Source of the DNA: a virus
Length of the DNA stretch: 64,000 nucleotides
Reading direction: 5' to 3' (one strand)
IMG/VR virus record: IMGVR_UViG_3300025012_000956
Span: 10,538-74,537 of that record
The notes below the pieces were generated by a model that had not been told where the DNA came from, made no database searches, and saw only the letters and a list, made by a program, of their open reading frames with translations. Every line of letters starts with the position of its first letter. The stretch's first letter is position 1. Shown here in pieces: positions 18,999 to 28,377 of this stretch. The position numbers and the translations under genes are program-made.

Positions 18999-20170
18999 TG
19001 AGATGGGCAACTATCATACCGTTAATAGGTGGACAATCAATAGGAACATACCAATTTCTAAAGGAGGAACCAGAGGTTATTGCTTCCTTTAGACAATTTA
19101 AAAATAACGAAAGGTATTTAAAGCAGTATTGGCCATCATTTAATTATAAGATACTTGACAAAACTAATATTAATTTGAAATTAAAGAATATCGATTTTAT
19201 AAATACTTTGTGTCCATGTGCAGGGTTATCAGAATTAAATAGTGGGAAAGACTCAGAGTTAGCTCGTGGAGTCGAAGCATTACAAAACAATTGGATGTAT
19301 TTAACTGCAGAATATGTTCTGCAAAATGTTAAACCCAAGGTGTTTTATGGTGAGAATACAGATAACTTATTTTCAGGCAAAATAGGATCAGAGATATCTG
19401 ATAGGTTATATAAAATTGCTGTAGATAATGGTTATTCATTTTCGATGTTAAGAACAGATGCGAGATTTCACGGGCTTCCTCAGAAAAGAATTCGTACATT
19501 TTATTTTTTCTGGAATTCTAAACGAGCTCCTAGTATTCCTATTAATAGTTTAACCACCAATGAAGATTTAGGAATGTTTTTAGGAGAAGATTATTTAATA
19601 AATGAACAATTAAATAAGGCAACTGATAGATTAGTTAACAATATATATTATAAATATGTTATAAAAGAATTTGGTCAAGATTATAGATCTTTATATTCAG
19701 GAATTCCATTGACACTGATGGAGTTGATTGTTAAAAACAATAAGCTACTAGATTTTGAAATATTTGTCAAAGATATTATGGACCAAAAAGTTTTATTGAA
19801 AATAGAAAAACATAAAAATAAGTTAGGTTATTGGGATGACTCACCAATAATAGTAAAAGATTATACAAACTCGGCGACAAGTAGAAATATAAATACAATC
19901 CACCCTACAGAAGAAAGAATTTTAACCTTAGGTGAATGGATAAAAATTATGGGAATGCCACCACAATTTCTAACATATTTATCAGATAGAAGAACTTCAT
20001 ACTTACACTTATTTCAAAATGTTCCAGTAGATGTTGCTAGAGATGTTGCTAGATATGTCGTACAGTTTATAAATGGGGATTTAAGTTTTGCTAATACTGA
20101 TTATGTTAAGCAAGACTGGGTTACCACAAAATTTGAAGATATAGGTAAATTTAAACATTCGTTTTTTTAA
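18998..20170 (+). CDS. C5-cytosine DNA methyltransferase-like protein (divergent motif I)
   Basis: Motif I variant IIPLIGG, motif IV CPCAGLS, motif VI GEN, motif VIII HGLPQKRIRTF, and HPTEERILTLGE..IMGMP. Confidence 0.75.
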   Translation: MRWATIIPLIGGQSIGTYQFLKEEPEVIASFRQFKNNERYLKQYWPSFNYKILDKTNINLKLKNIDFINTLCPCAGLSELNSGKDSELARGVEALQNNWMYLTAEYVLQNVKPKVFYGENTDNLFSGKIGSEISDRLYKIAVDNGYSFSMLRTDARFHGLPQKRIRTFYFFWNSKRAPSIPINSLTTNEDLGMFLGEDYLINEQLNKATDRLVNNIYYKYVIKEFGQDYRSLYSGIPLTLMELIVKNNKLLDFEIFVKDIMDQKVLLKIEKHKNKLGYWDDSPIIVKDYTNSATSRNINTIHPTEERILTLGEWIKIMGMPPQFLTYLSDRRTSYLHLFQNVPVDVARDVARYVVQFINGDLSFANTDYVKQDWVTTKFEDIGKFKHSFF

Positions 20171-20180
20171 GAGGTATAAT

Positions 20181-20732
20181 ATGGAACCAAAAGTAATTGT
20201 GCTTGAAGGTCCGGATTCCGGAGGTAAAAGTACCCAAGCAAAAATGTTATTAAAATATTTATTAGATAAACCAACCTATGTAATTCATTTTTCTAATATA
20301 TCTGGAATCACTTCAGAGCAATCAAGAGAATATAGTTATAAGTTATATAATGATGCATTTGTAATGATGCAAGAAGCATATTCTAATAACAGAAATTTAA
20401 TATTTGACAGGTGTCATATCGGTGAGTATGTATATTCTCCAATATATAGAGATTATTCAGGAGATTTTATATTTGAAATAGAGAATAAATTTAAAAATAA
20501 AAACTTTTTTAAAAACGTATATCTATTTTTATTTGAAGATTTAATAGAAAATCTTATAAAGAGAGATGATGGTCATTCATTTTCTACTGAACCGGATGTT
20601 AAGATTAGGGAATTAAAACTGTTTAAAGAAGCATTTGAAAAATCTCACATTCATCATAAGTTTATAGTGAATATATTTAATTCTCCTAAAGAAGAGGTTA
20701 ATGATTTTATTGTTAAAGCATTAGGAATTTAA
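20181..20732 (+). CDS. dNMP (thymidylate-kinase-like) kinase
   Basis: VIVLEGPDSGGKSTQ P-loop and IFDRCHIGEYVY. Confidence 0.8.
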   Translation: MEPKVIVLEGPDSGGKSTQAKMLLKYLLDKPTYVIHFSNISGITSEQSREYSYKLYNDAFVMMQEAYSNNRNLIFDRCHIGEYVYSPIYRDYSGDFIFEIENKFKNKNFFKNVYLFLFEDLIENLIKRDDGHSFSTEPDVKIRELKLFKEAFEKSHIHHKFIVNIFNSPKEEVNDFIVKALGI

Positions 20733-21490
20733 TGTTAGAAGAAACATTACTTCCTTTTATTATACCAACGTTCAATTTAAATGAACTTAAAGATGAATAT
20801 TGGGAATTAATCGGTATACATAAATTTAAATATACATTACCTCAGAATTTTATAGATATGAGTGGTATAATGTTTCCCGGATTTAAATTTTCTAGTAAAG
20901 AAGCAGCTAAATTTTATGATGAAACTGTTTTAGACTTTGTAGTAAATGAATTAAAAGCATTTACAACTCCTAGAGGGAATTTAAGTAAAGAAAATAATAT
21001 AATAATGATAGGTCAAAGACCAGGTCATTTTGGTGCACATTTAAGTAAAGCAGAATCTGCTTGGTTGTTGGGTCCATCGAGTAAAATGTTGGTTAATTTA
21101 TGTAAAGAATTAAAAATATATCCATATTTTACAAACTTTTATCATTCGCACTATGTAGATCCAGATAGAGCTTGGTATAATATCTATAAGGAATTAGTTG
21201 GTATATTTACTTTATACAAAAATTTTTATAATAAATCCGATTTTAGAATCGTTTTCTTAGGTAACTATAGTGAATATGATGAATTGAAAATAGAGTTAGA
21301 AAAGCTTACAGACTTAAAATTACAATTTATTAAAATTTGGCATCCTGCATACTTGCTAAGAAACAGTAATCCTAATTTATTTAGTCAGTGGGTAACTAGT
21401 TTAGGAAGACAGTTAGTAAAAGAAGAAATTCCAGGTTATTATTTAGACCATAAATTTAAAGGTAAATACAAATATGATAAAATTATCTGA
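20732..21490 (+). CDS. Uracil-DNA glycosylase superfamily (family 4/5-like) protein
   Basis: Motif A variant MIGQRPG, YFTN, VFLG, and motif B IWHPAYLLR. Confidence 0.6.
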   Translation: MLEETLLPFIIPTFNLNELKDEYWELIGIHKFKYTLPQNFIDMSGIMFPGFKFSSKEAAKFYDETVLDFVVNELKAFTTPRGNLSKENNIIMIGQRPGHFGAHLSKAESAWLLGPSSKMLVNLCKELKIYPYFTNFYHSHYVDPDRAWYNIYKELVGIFTLYKNFYNKSDFRIVFLGNYSEYDELKIELEKLTDLKLQFIKIWHPAYLLRNSNPNLFSQWVTSLGRQLVKEEIPGYYLDHKFKGKYKYDKII

Positions 21491-22088
21491 TATTATTAAT
21501 TATTTAATTCAACAGAATAATTTTAATTCTTATTTAGAAATAGGAGTATCAACTGGAGTTTGTTTCGGTGCAGTAAATTGTAAATTTAAAGATGTCGTAG
21601 ATCCTGTTAAACAAACGTCTGATGTTAATTATAATATGACGTCCGATGCGTTTTTCAAAGTGGTCGACCCTAATAAAAAATATGATGTAATATTAATTGA
21701 TGGGTTGCACACCACAGAACAGGTATTAAAAGATTATAATCATTCATTATCTCACCTATCAGAAACTGGATATATTTTACTGGATGATACTTGTCCGTAT
21801 GATGAATCTTGGGTAATCCCAGAAGGAAATCCTGGTGGCTGGTGTGGTACTATATATAAGTTTATGATCGATCTTGCGTATAATAACTGTGATATTAATT
21901 ATAATACGGTTTTTGTACCCCATGGACATACAATAATAACAAGAGGAAAACGAGAACCCTTGTATCTTCAATATTCTGATGATTGGTCATTCTTTGATAG
22001 ATATAGATCTGTTATATTAAACTTAATTTCAGAAGAAGATTTTTATATGATGTACATGAAAAAACAAAATGAAACTAGCAGTTATTAA
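21474..22088 (+). CDS. Class I SAM-dependent methyltransferase (Methyltransf_24-like)
   Basis: YLEIGVSTG, YDVILIDGLH and GYILLDD. Confidence 0.8.
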   Translation: MIKLSDIINYLIQQNNFNSYLEIGVSTGVCFGAVNCKFKDVVDPVKQTSDVNYNMTSDAFFKVVDPNKKYDVILIDGLHTTEQVLKDYNHSLSHLSETGYILLDDTCPYDESWVIPEGNPGGWCGTIYKFMIDLAYNNCDINYNTVFVPHGHTIITRGKREPLYLQYSDDWSFFDRYRSVILNLISEEDFYMMYMKKQNETSSY

Positions 22089-23190
22089 ATTTGGTGGCAG
22101 AATGAATGCCAATGCAGATGGTGCAGTTGGTGGTGAGGTAATGGCTGCGATTGATCTATTAGTTAGAGGTGACAATGAAGTACATTACTATACACATATT
22201 AATAATAAAGATGTTGCACTACCAGGTGCACACGGTCAGAATATAGAATATTTTGGCAATGATACTAGTTTTGATGCATTAATAGTAATAAATGGTAATA
22301 TAAATTATTATGGTGGTGCTGAACCGGAACTCGAGATGAAAAATTTAAGATTGCTCAATTCTTTTCCGGGAAAAGTTTTCTATATAATGTTTGATCCTAT
22401 GCTACCACTTCGACAACATTGGAAAGGTGTAAGTAATAAGCAAGAAAAATATAAGTGGAATAATAAATATTCTAAAGAAGAAATAGAAATAGTTAGAGAT
22501 GATATTATTTATATTTCACAGCCGTATGACCTAACAGCAGTTAGAGAAATGTTAGATGGTTTAGGAGTACCTTATAAGGATGTATTACACTATCCTTTAT
22601 ATAAAATGCATTTAGTATTTTATGATAGGTTACTTAAAATAAAATCGCCATCAGGAGAATATAGAACTGTAGATTTGACATACGGTGGTACTTTTAGAAA
22701 TAAAAAACGAGAAGATAAACTTATAAAATTTTATTTTGGGTACCCATGTACTGTCAATGTTGAGATATTTGGTAAGATTAAGCTATCAGACTTCAATAAG
22801 AATAAGATAAAAGGACTGAGAGCACCTTTATTTACTGGACAAATTAAACATAATCTAGTTCGACGGAAGATGTCTAGGGCATATGCCACTGTATCAATTG
22901 GCGATAAGTGGTATGAAGGTAGAAATCTAGCACAGCGAATTTATGAAAGTATATTATCAAATTGTATTACATTTATTGATGAAGAATTAGATCCTCAACA
23001 CGTAGTATATGGAGAAGAATTGCCTAAATTTTATGTTAAAGATAGGGATCAGGTTCTTGAGCAACTATTATTAATTAAAATATTTGAGGAAAAATTTGAT
23101 GAAATACTTGATCAACAATATGATATAGTAAAGATAGATAAACAAGAATTTGTAAACGGATTAACTAATCTCATAGGTAATAATTTATGA
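22069..23190 (+). CDS. T4 beta-glucosyltransferase-like DNA glycosyltransferase
   Basis: Full-length similarity to T4 BGT as recalled: LIVINGNINYYGG (LIVVNSSINFFGG), MFDPMLP (catalytic D100, FTDIRLP), YGGTFRNKKREDK (YGGSFRSGQRESK), APLFTGQI, IGDKWY, QRIYES (LRVWET), FIDEELD. Confidence 0.88.
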   Translation: MKLAVIKFGGRMNANADGAVGGEVMAAIDLLVRGDNEVHYYTHINNKDVALPGAHGQNIEYFGNDTSFDALIVINGNINYYGGAEPELEMKNLRLLNSFPGKVFYIMFDPMLPLRQHWKGVSNKQEKYKWNNKYSKEEIEIVRDDIIYISQPYDLTAVREMLDGLGVPYKDVLHYPLYKMHLVFYDRLLKIKSPSGEYRTVDLTYGGTFRNKKREDKLIKFYFGYPCTVNVEIFGKIKLSDFNKNKIKGLRAPLFTGQIKHNLVRRKMSRAYATVSIGDKWYEGRNLAQRIYESILSNCITFIDEELDPQHVVYGEELPKFYVKDRDQVLEQLLLIKIFEEKFDEILDQQYDIVKIDKQEFVNGLTNLIGNNL

Positions 23191-23238
23191 CAACGTTGGA
23201 CTGGGAATTGGTAAAAGAAAAATAACAGATATAGAACT

Positions 23239-25050
23239 ATGATAAAAACAGATAAAATAAAAATAGTAATATTTTCAGGTGGGCACGGTGCCTCTAATAT
23301 TCTAGAAGGATTATATGCGTTAGATAAAACCGGAGAAGCACTTCAGATAACTCAAATTGTCAATGGACTAGATGATGGGGCATCAGGTGGAATTGTAAGA
23401 AGAGTAATGAATGTACTGTGTCCTGGAGATTTAAGAAAAAATCAATTTAAACATTATTGCCTTACTCATAAAGGAAACGTGAATATGGCGATTGTTGAAT
23501 TTTGTGACAAGCGATATGATTTGACTCTTGGTTCTGAATTACATGATGTGTTAAAACTATTAGATATTTGGGATTTTCCAGAAAAATTATTATTTAAAGA
23601 ATTAGCAACTAAATTCTTTAGTGTAGCGAGTTCTTTTAAAGAAAAATTTAATTTCTTCGGAATCAATATCTCAAATATTATATATGCATCTATGATTAAT
23701 AGTATTGGATATGATGAAACGTTTAAGTATTTTAAGAAGTTCTTTGGGATAAAACATGACGTAATGTTGATATCAGAAGATAATTTACAGTTGCGTGCGA
23801 TCACTAAAGACTGGACACTAATAGAAACAGAAACTCCTGGAATAATAAAACATAATAATAAAGAAAATTATATTATGGATATATTATTTGAACGATTTAA
23901 TCCTCTTAGTTCTAAATCTGAACATACGACTGCGTTAGCATCAAAGATAATAATATATTCTGAAGAAAAAATAAAAGACGCAGATTTAATTATATTTGCA
24001 CCTGGTACTCAATGGAGTTCTTTAATTCCAACATATGCTACAGTTGGACTAGATGATGTATTGAAGAAATCTAAGGCTAAAAAGATTTTAATAATGAATA
24101 ATGATGAAGATGGAGATTCAATAGGAAGAACTGCGGGTGATTTACTAAATAGTATATCAAAATATTTAACATTAGATAATATAAATATATTTATTAATAA
24201 TCTTGCCAGTGAGCCACTTCAGAATATAGAAAATTTTAAAAATAAAAACAATATAACGATCTATATTAAGGTATTAGGTCATGGTTTAGCTAGATCATCT
24301 AAAACTGTAGAAGAAATATTTAAGCTATATTATAATTTAACTAAACCTGATTTTATATTCTGTGATTTTGATGATACTATTTATTCTAGAGATCCAACAC
24401 ACAGTAAGATTTCAGAAGAAAATTTGATTTTATTGGATAAAATTTCTAAAAAAATTCCTACTATTATTGTTTCAGGTAATGATTATGAAACTATTCACAG
24501 TAAACTAATTAAGAATTTTGGAAGTTCTGGTCTAAATAATATTAAATTTGATATCTGGGCAGATGGTGGTTTAGTTAAATATGAACAGGGTATACCCGTT
24601 ATAAGAACAGCACTTTTGGACAATACTAAAGAAACACTGTCTTATTTACAAGGCGACATACTGGGTTTACCTAAAGATAAAATATTTCTTAGAGGTGATT
24701 GGCCAAAACAAGATATAAAAAATATTACGTGTATAGGAATAAAACCTCTTACGGAATTAGAAAAAACGTTATTGATAAATATTTTAAATATATTTTTTAA
24801 AGAAAATCGCTTTTATAATGTTGCCAAAAGAATAGGTTTAACTGGTATAGATATTATATCTGTTAATAGTGACAAGAAAAAAGTTTTACATTATTATAAT
24901 TCATCATATGGAAAAACTACATTGTACATAGGAGATGAATTGAGAGATGGAAATGATGAAAATATTTCTAGTGCATGTAATTTTAAATATAATGTTAAAT
25001 CACCATATGACACAAATATACTGTTACAACTAATAAATGAGGAATTGTAA
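23239..25050 (+). CDS. CofD/YvcK(GlmR)-family domain fused to a HAD-IIB phosphatase/phosphomutase domain
   Basis: N-terminal FSGGHG, DDGASGG, PGDLRK, ADLIIFAPGTQWSSLIP; C-terminal DFDDT, VSG, YIGDELRDGND. Confidence 0.8.
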   Translation: MIKTDKIKIVIFSGGHGASNILEGLYALDKTGEALQITQIVNGLDDGASGGIVRRVMNVLCPGDLRKNQFKHYCLTHKGNVNMAIVEFCDKRYDLTLGSELHDVLKLLDIWDFPEKLLFKELATKFFSVASSFKEKFNFFGINISNIIYASMINSIGYDETFKYFKKFFGIKHDVMLISEDNLQLRAITKDWTLIETETPGIIKHNNKENYIMDILFERFNPLSSKSEHTTALASKIIIYSEEKIKDADLIIFAPGTQWSSLIPTYATVGLDDVLKKSKAKKILIMNNDEDGDSIGRTAGDLLNSISKYLTLDNINIFINNLASEPLQNIENFKNKNNITIYIKVLGHGLARSSKTVEEIFKLYYNLTKPDFIFCDFDDTIYSRDPTHSKISEENLILLDKISKKIPTIIVSGNDYETIHSKLIKNFGSSGLNNIKFDIWADGGLVKYEQGIPVIRTALLDNTKETLSYLQGDILGLPKDKIFLRGDWPKQDIKNITCIGIKPLTELEKTLLINILNIFFKENRFYNVAKRIGLTGIDIISVNSDKKKVLHYYNSSYGKTTLYIGDELRDGNDENISSACNFKYNVKSPYDTNILLQLINEEL

Positions 25051-25806
25051 ATGTTGGGCCTAATTCTCTGTGCGGGTAAACAAACCAGATTTAATTCTGG
25101 AGTACCTAAGGCATTAATGCCTTATAATAAAGATAAAACTATTTTAGGTAAAAATATAGAAACTATGATAGAATTCGTAAATGATATTATTTTAGTACTT
25201 AATAAAGATAATAATAATACTTTATATGAGGAATATGCTAATAATTTTGTTAGGATTATAGAAATAGAATCAGGTCATGGAAGTGGAGATGCTATCCTTC
25301 AAATATTTAATCAGTTGAAGACTGTAGAAGAAATATTCGCAGACATTTTTTTAATCTGGGGTGATTCTATACAAGACAGTACTGCTCTATATAGAACTAC
25401 ATTAAATAATTATAATGATTATTGCACGGTTCCTATTAGATTAGAAAATGAACCCTATACTCATTTTGTATGTGATCATGATAATATTATCAAGTCAGTG
25501 GAATTTAAAAACAGAGGTGCTAAATATATTCAAGGTTACCATGATTTTTCTCTATTTTTATTTAATTTAGTTAAAATGAATGTTATTTTAGATTCTTATA
25601 ATTTAATGAAATGGTTACCGGAGAATAATAAATATGATACAATAAATGGTGAATTTGAATTTTTAGATATATTTAACCAATTTAATTATCTAGAATTTGC
25701 AAAAGCTGTTATAATTGATAATATAAAATCTAACAATGCATTCAATACAATGGAAGAATATTTGAAATTAATTAATGGGGTTACAGATGAGAATAGTAAG
25801 CAATAA
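25051..25806 (+). CDS. Sugar-phosphate nucleotidyltransferase (NTP transferase)
   Basis: LILCAGKQTRF..PKALM, GSGDAI and LIWGD. Confidence 0.82.
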   Translation: MLGLILCAGKQTRFNSGVPKALMPYNKDKTILGKNIETMIEFVNDIILVLNKDNNNTLYEEYANNFVRIIEIESGHGSGDAILQIFNQLKTVEEIFADIFLIWGDSIQDSTALYRTTLNNYNDYCTVPIRLENEPYTHFVCDHDNIIKSVEFKNRGAKYIQGYHDFSLFLFNLVKMNVILDSYNLMKWLPENNKYDTINGEFEFLDIFNQFNYLEFAKAVIIDNIKSNNAFNTMEEYLKLINGVTDENSKQ

Positions 25807-26689
25807 TTTTGCAGAAATATATAAAGATCTATTAACAACAATATATTATAATCCAGATCATATTATTTCTCCACGAGAATACCAGACAAAAGAGTGTTGT
25901 AATGTTGAATTAGTTTTAACAGATCCAACTTCAAACTTATTTACAAATAAAATTAGAAGTCCTAAGTTAAATTATTTATATCCTGAATTGTTATACTATT
26001 TTTTAGGTAGAAATGATTTAGAATTTATTTCTAAATATTCTACTTTCTGGAATAAAATAGCAAATAATGATAGAACTGTAAATAGTGCATATGGATATCT
26101 TTTATTTAGAGAGAGGAATATACATGGCTGGACAGAATATCAATGGGCATTTAATTCACTTATTGTAGATAAAAATTCTAGGCAAGCTATTTTAAGATTT
26201 AATAAACCAGAACACTCATATTTAGATAATAAGGATTTTGTGTGTACATTGAATGGTATATTTCATATCAGAAAAAATAAAGAATTAAACTGTGATGTAT
26301 TAAATTTTACAACAACAATGAGATCACAAGATGTTTGGTTTGGAATTATATATGATATTCCTTTTTATACTTTGTTGCAGCAACAAATGTTAAATCATTT
26401 AAAACAAGAAAAATATCCTGATTTACAGCTTGGTAAATATACTCATTATATATTAAGTGAACATATATATAAAAAAGATTTTGAAAATATAGAAAAAATG
26501 CTAAATGAAGAATTTATATCGGACAGTACTCCGTTACTAGTTAAAAATTTAATAGAACCCAGTGGTAATCCAACGCAAGAATTATATTTAATATTACAAA
26601 CAGTAGAAAATAATAATGAGTATACAGATTTTGGAGATGAACTAATAAATAAAATAGTAAAATTTTCTTTAAGGGAAAACAATGAATAA
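25775..26689 (+). CDS. dCMP-specific thymidylate-synthase homologue (T4 gp42 dCMP hydroxymethylase-like)
   Basis: VNSAYG, SRQA, catalytic DFVCT, and MRSQDVWFGIIYD with Asp at the position that is Asn in dUMP-specific ThyA. Confidence 0.82.
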   Translation: MGLQMRIVSNNFAEIYKDLLTTIYYNPDHIISPREYQTKECCNVELVLTDPTSNLFTNKIRSPKLNYLYPELLYYFLGRNDLEFISKYSTFWNKIANNDRTVNSAYGYLLFRERNIHGWTEYQWAFNSLIVDKNSRQAILRFNKPEHSYLDNKDFVCTLNGIFHIRKNKELNCDVLNFTTTMRSQDVWFGIIYDIPFYTLLQQQMLNHLKQEKYPDLQLGKYTHYILSEHIYKKDFENIEKMLNEEFISDSTPLLVKNLIEPSGNPTQELYLILQTVENNNEYTDFGDELINKIVKFSLRENNE

Positions 26690-27146
26690 ACAACAGAGAT
26701 TAGATAAAATATTTATTAATATTGCACTGGAATTTGCAACATTATCTCATTGTGTTACTTATAAAGTGGGCGCAGTTGCAGTTAATGATAATAGGATTAT
26801 TGCTACAGGAATTAATGGTACTCCAGAAGGAATGTTAAACTGCGATCGAGTATTTAAAAATTATAATTCTGAGACAGATAGAGAAGAACACCATATGTGG
26901 AGTGAAATACATGAGCTCCACGCTGAATTAAATGTTATACTTTTTTGTGCAAAAAACGGAATTTCATTAAAAGGAACAACAGTTTATTCTACTGTTCAAC
27001 CATGTCAACAGTGTCTGAAAAATATGTTGCAATGTGGTATAGTAAGAATAGTTTATAAATACCCATATGACAAAGCAGTTGAAAGTAAACTTATAAAAGA
27101 ATATATGAAAGAAAAAAATATAATAATAGAACAAATAGAGGAGTAA
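26682..27146 (+). CDS. dCMP deaminase
   Basis: VGAV, TGINGTP, HAELN and PCQQC. Confidence 0.92.
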   Translation: MNKQQRLDKIFINIALEFATLSHCVTYKVGAVAVNDNRIIATGINGTPEGMLNCDRVFKNYNSETDREEHHMWSEIHELHAELNVILFCAKNGISLKGTTVYSTVQPCQQCLKNMLQCGIVRIVYKYPYDKAVESKLIKEYMKEKNIIIEQIEE

Positions 27147-27148
27147 AT

Positions 27149-27520
27149 ATGAAAACAGATATAAAATTATCTAATGAAGATTTAATATTAACGACTGAGA
27201 TGGAGAAAAAATATCCCAAAATGACAGCTGAGTTTAGAAATATATGTGCAGAACAATATTTAATGTTTTTAAAAAAACAGCATGATTATGGTCCCTCAAA
27301 TATTGCAATAAACACACAACTAGAAACAGACGAGGATATCAAAAATTCATTGATTGGAATTACTGTTAGATGTAGTGATAAGGTAAGTAGATTGGTTAAT
27401 TTAATATTAAAGAGAAAAGATGAGAAACCAAAAAACGAATCGATTGTAGACACTTTTGTTGATATGAGTATTTATTCTAAAATTGCAATGATTGTCCTAA
27501 GAGGAAAATGGGCAAAATGA
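27149..27520 (+). CDS. Nucleotide-modification-associated domain 1 (DUF1599-like) protein
   Basis: KKQHDYGPSNI..RCSDKVSRL..ESIVDTFVDMSIYS. Confidence 0.7.
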   Translation: MKTDIKLSNEDLILTTEMEKKYPKMTAEFRNICAEQYLMFLKKQHDYGPSNIAINTQLETDEDIKNSLIGITVRCSDKVSRLVNLILKRKDEKPKNESIVDTFVDMSIYSKIAMIVLRGKWAK

Positions 27521-28377
27521 TACACTTATCTTTTTCACAATATAACATATGGAAGACATGTCCATTTCAATGGAAACTACTCTATATAGATAAAATTAAA
27601 ATACCTTCTGCTAGTATAGATTTGGTTTTTGGTTCATCACTTCACCATGTCCTACAGGAATACTTAGATACATTTTATAAGTTAACAGAAAAGAAAGCAA
27701 ACGAACTAGATTTAGAAAAATCACTTTTAGATTCTATGGTTAAAGAAATAGAAGAATATAGAAAAAAGGGTATAGAAGATTTTACAACACCAGAAGAATT
27801 AATAGAATATTATATAGATGGAATTGAAATAATTCATTGGTTTAAGAAACACAGAGCAGATTATTTTAGTAAAAAAAATATAAAGATGATTGGCTATGAG
27901 GTACCTATAGATATTGAAATATTACCAGGGGTTAAATTTATTGCAAAATTGGATTTTGTGACAGAGGATAAAAGAGATAATAATTATGTAATTGTAGATT
28001 TTAAAAAGTCTTATAGAGGATGGGGAGCAAATAAAAAAGCAAATAAAATGGTACAGGCACAGCTGCAATTATATAAACATTTTTTTTCAGAAGTTAAAAA
28101 GATAGTTCCAGCTAATGTTAATATTTTATTTTTAATTTTTAAACAAAAACTCTATAAAGATTCATTATATCCTCAAAAAAGAGTTCAAAAATTTGAACCT
28201 AGTAGTGGAAAAAATACGTTGATTAAGGTTAAAAACGAATTTATGGAATTTGCAAAGCGTGTTACAAAAGATGGTGATTATAATGCAAATATAGAATATT
28301 CAGCAAACCCATCTGACTTCAACTGTAAATATTGTCCATTTAAAAATAAAAAAGAGTTATGCCCAGTAGGAGTTTGA
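27508..28377 (+). CDS. PD-(D/E)XK (RecB/Cas4-like) exonuclease
   Basis: LSFSQ..CP, FGSSLH, E..KLD..IVDFK, QLQLY and CKYCPF..CP. Confidence 0.85.
   Translation: MGKMIHLSFSQYNIWKTCPFQWKLLYIDKIKIPSASIDLVFGSSLHHVLQEYLDTFYKLTEKKANELDLEKSLLDSMVKEIEEYRKKGIEDFTTPEELIEYYIDGIEIIHWFKKHRADYFSKKNIKMIGYEVPIDIEILPGVKFIAKLDFVTEDKRDNNYVIVDFKKSYRGWGANKKANKMVQAQLQLYKHFFSEVKKIVPANVNILFLIFKQKLYKDSLYPQKRVQKFEPSSGKNTLIKVKNEFMEFAKRVTKDGDYNANIEYSANPSDFNCKYCPFKNKKELCPVGV

Noticed and set aside
25775-26689. Ordinary thymidylate synthase ThyA
   Set aside because: Asp replaces the dUMP-specifying Asn, the DFVCT motif is gp42-like, and it neighbours a BGT homologue.
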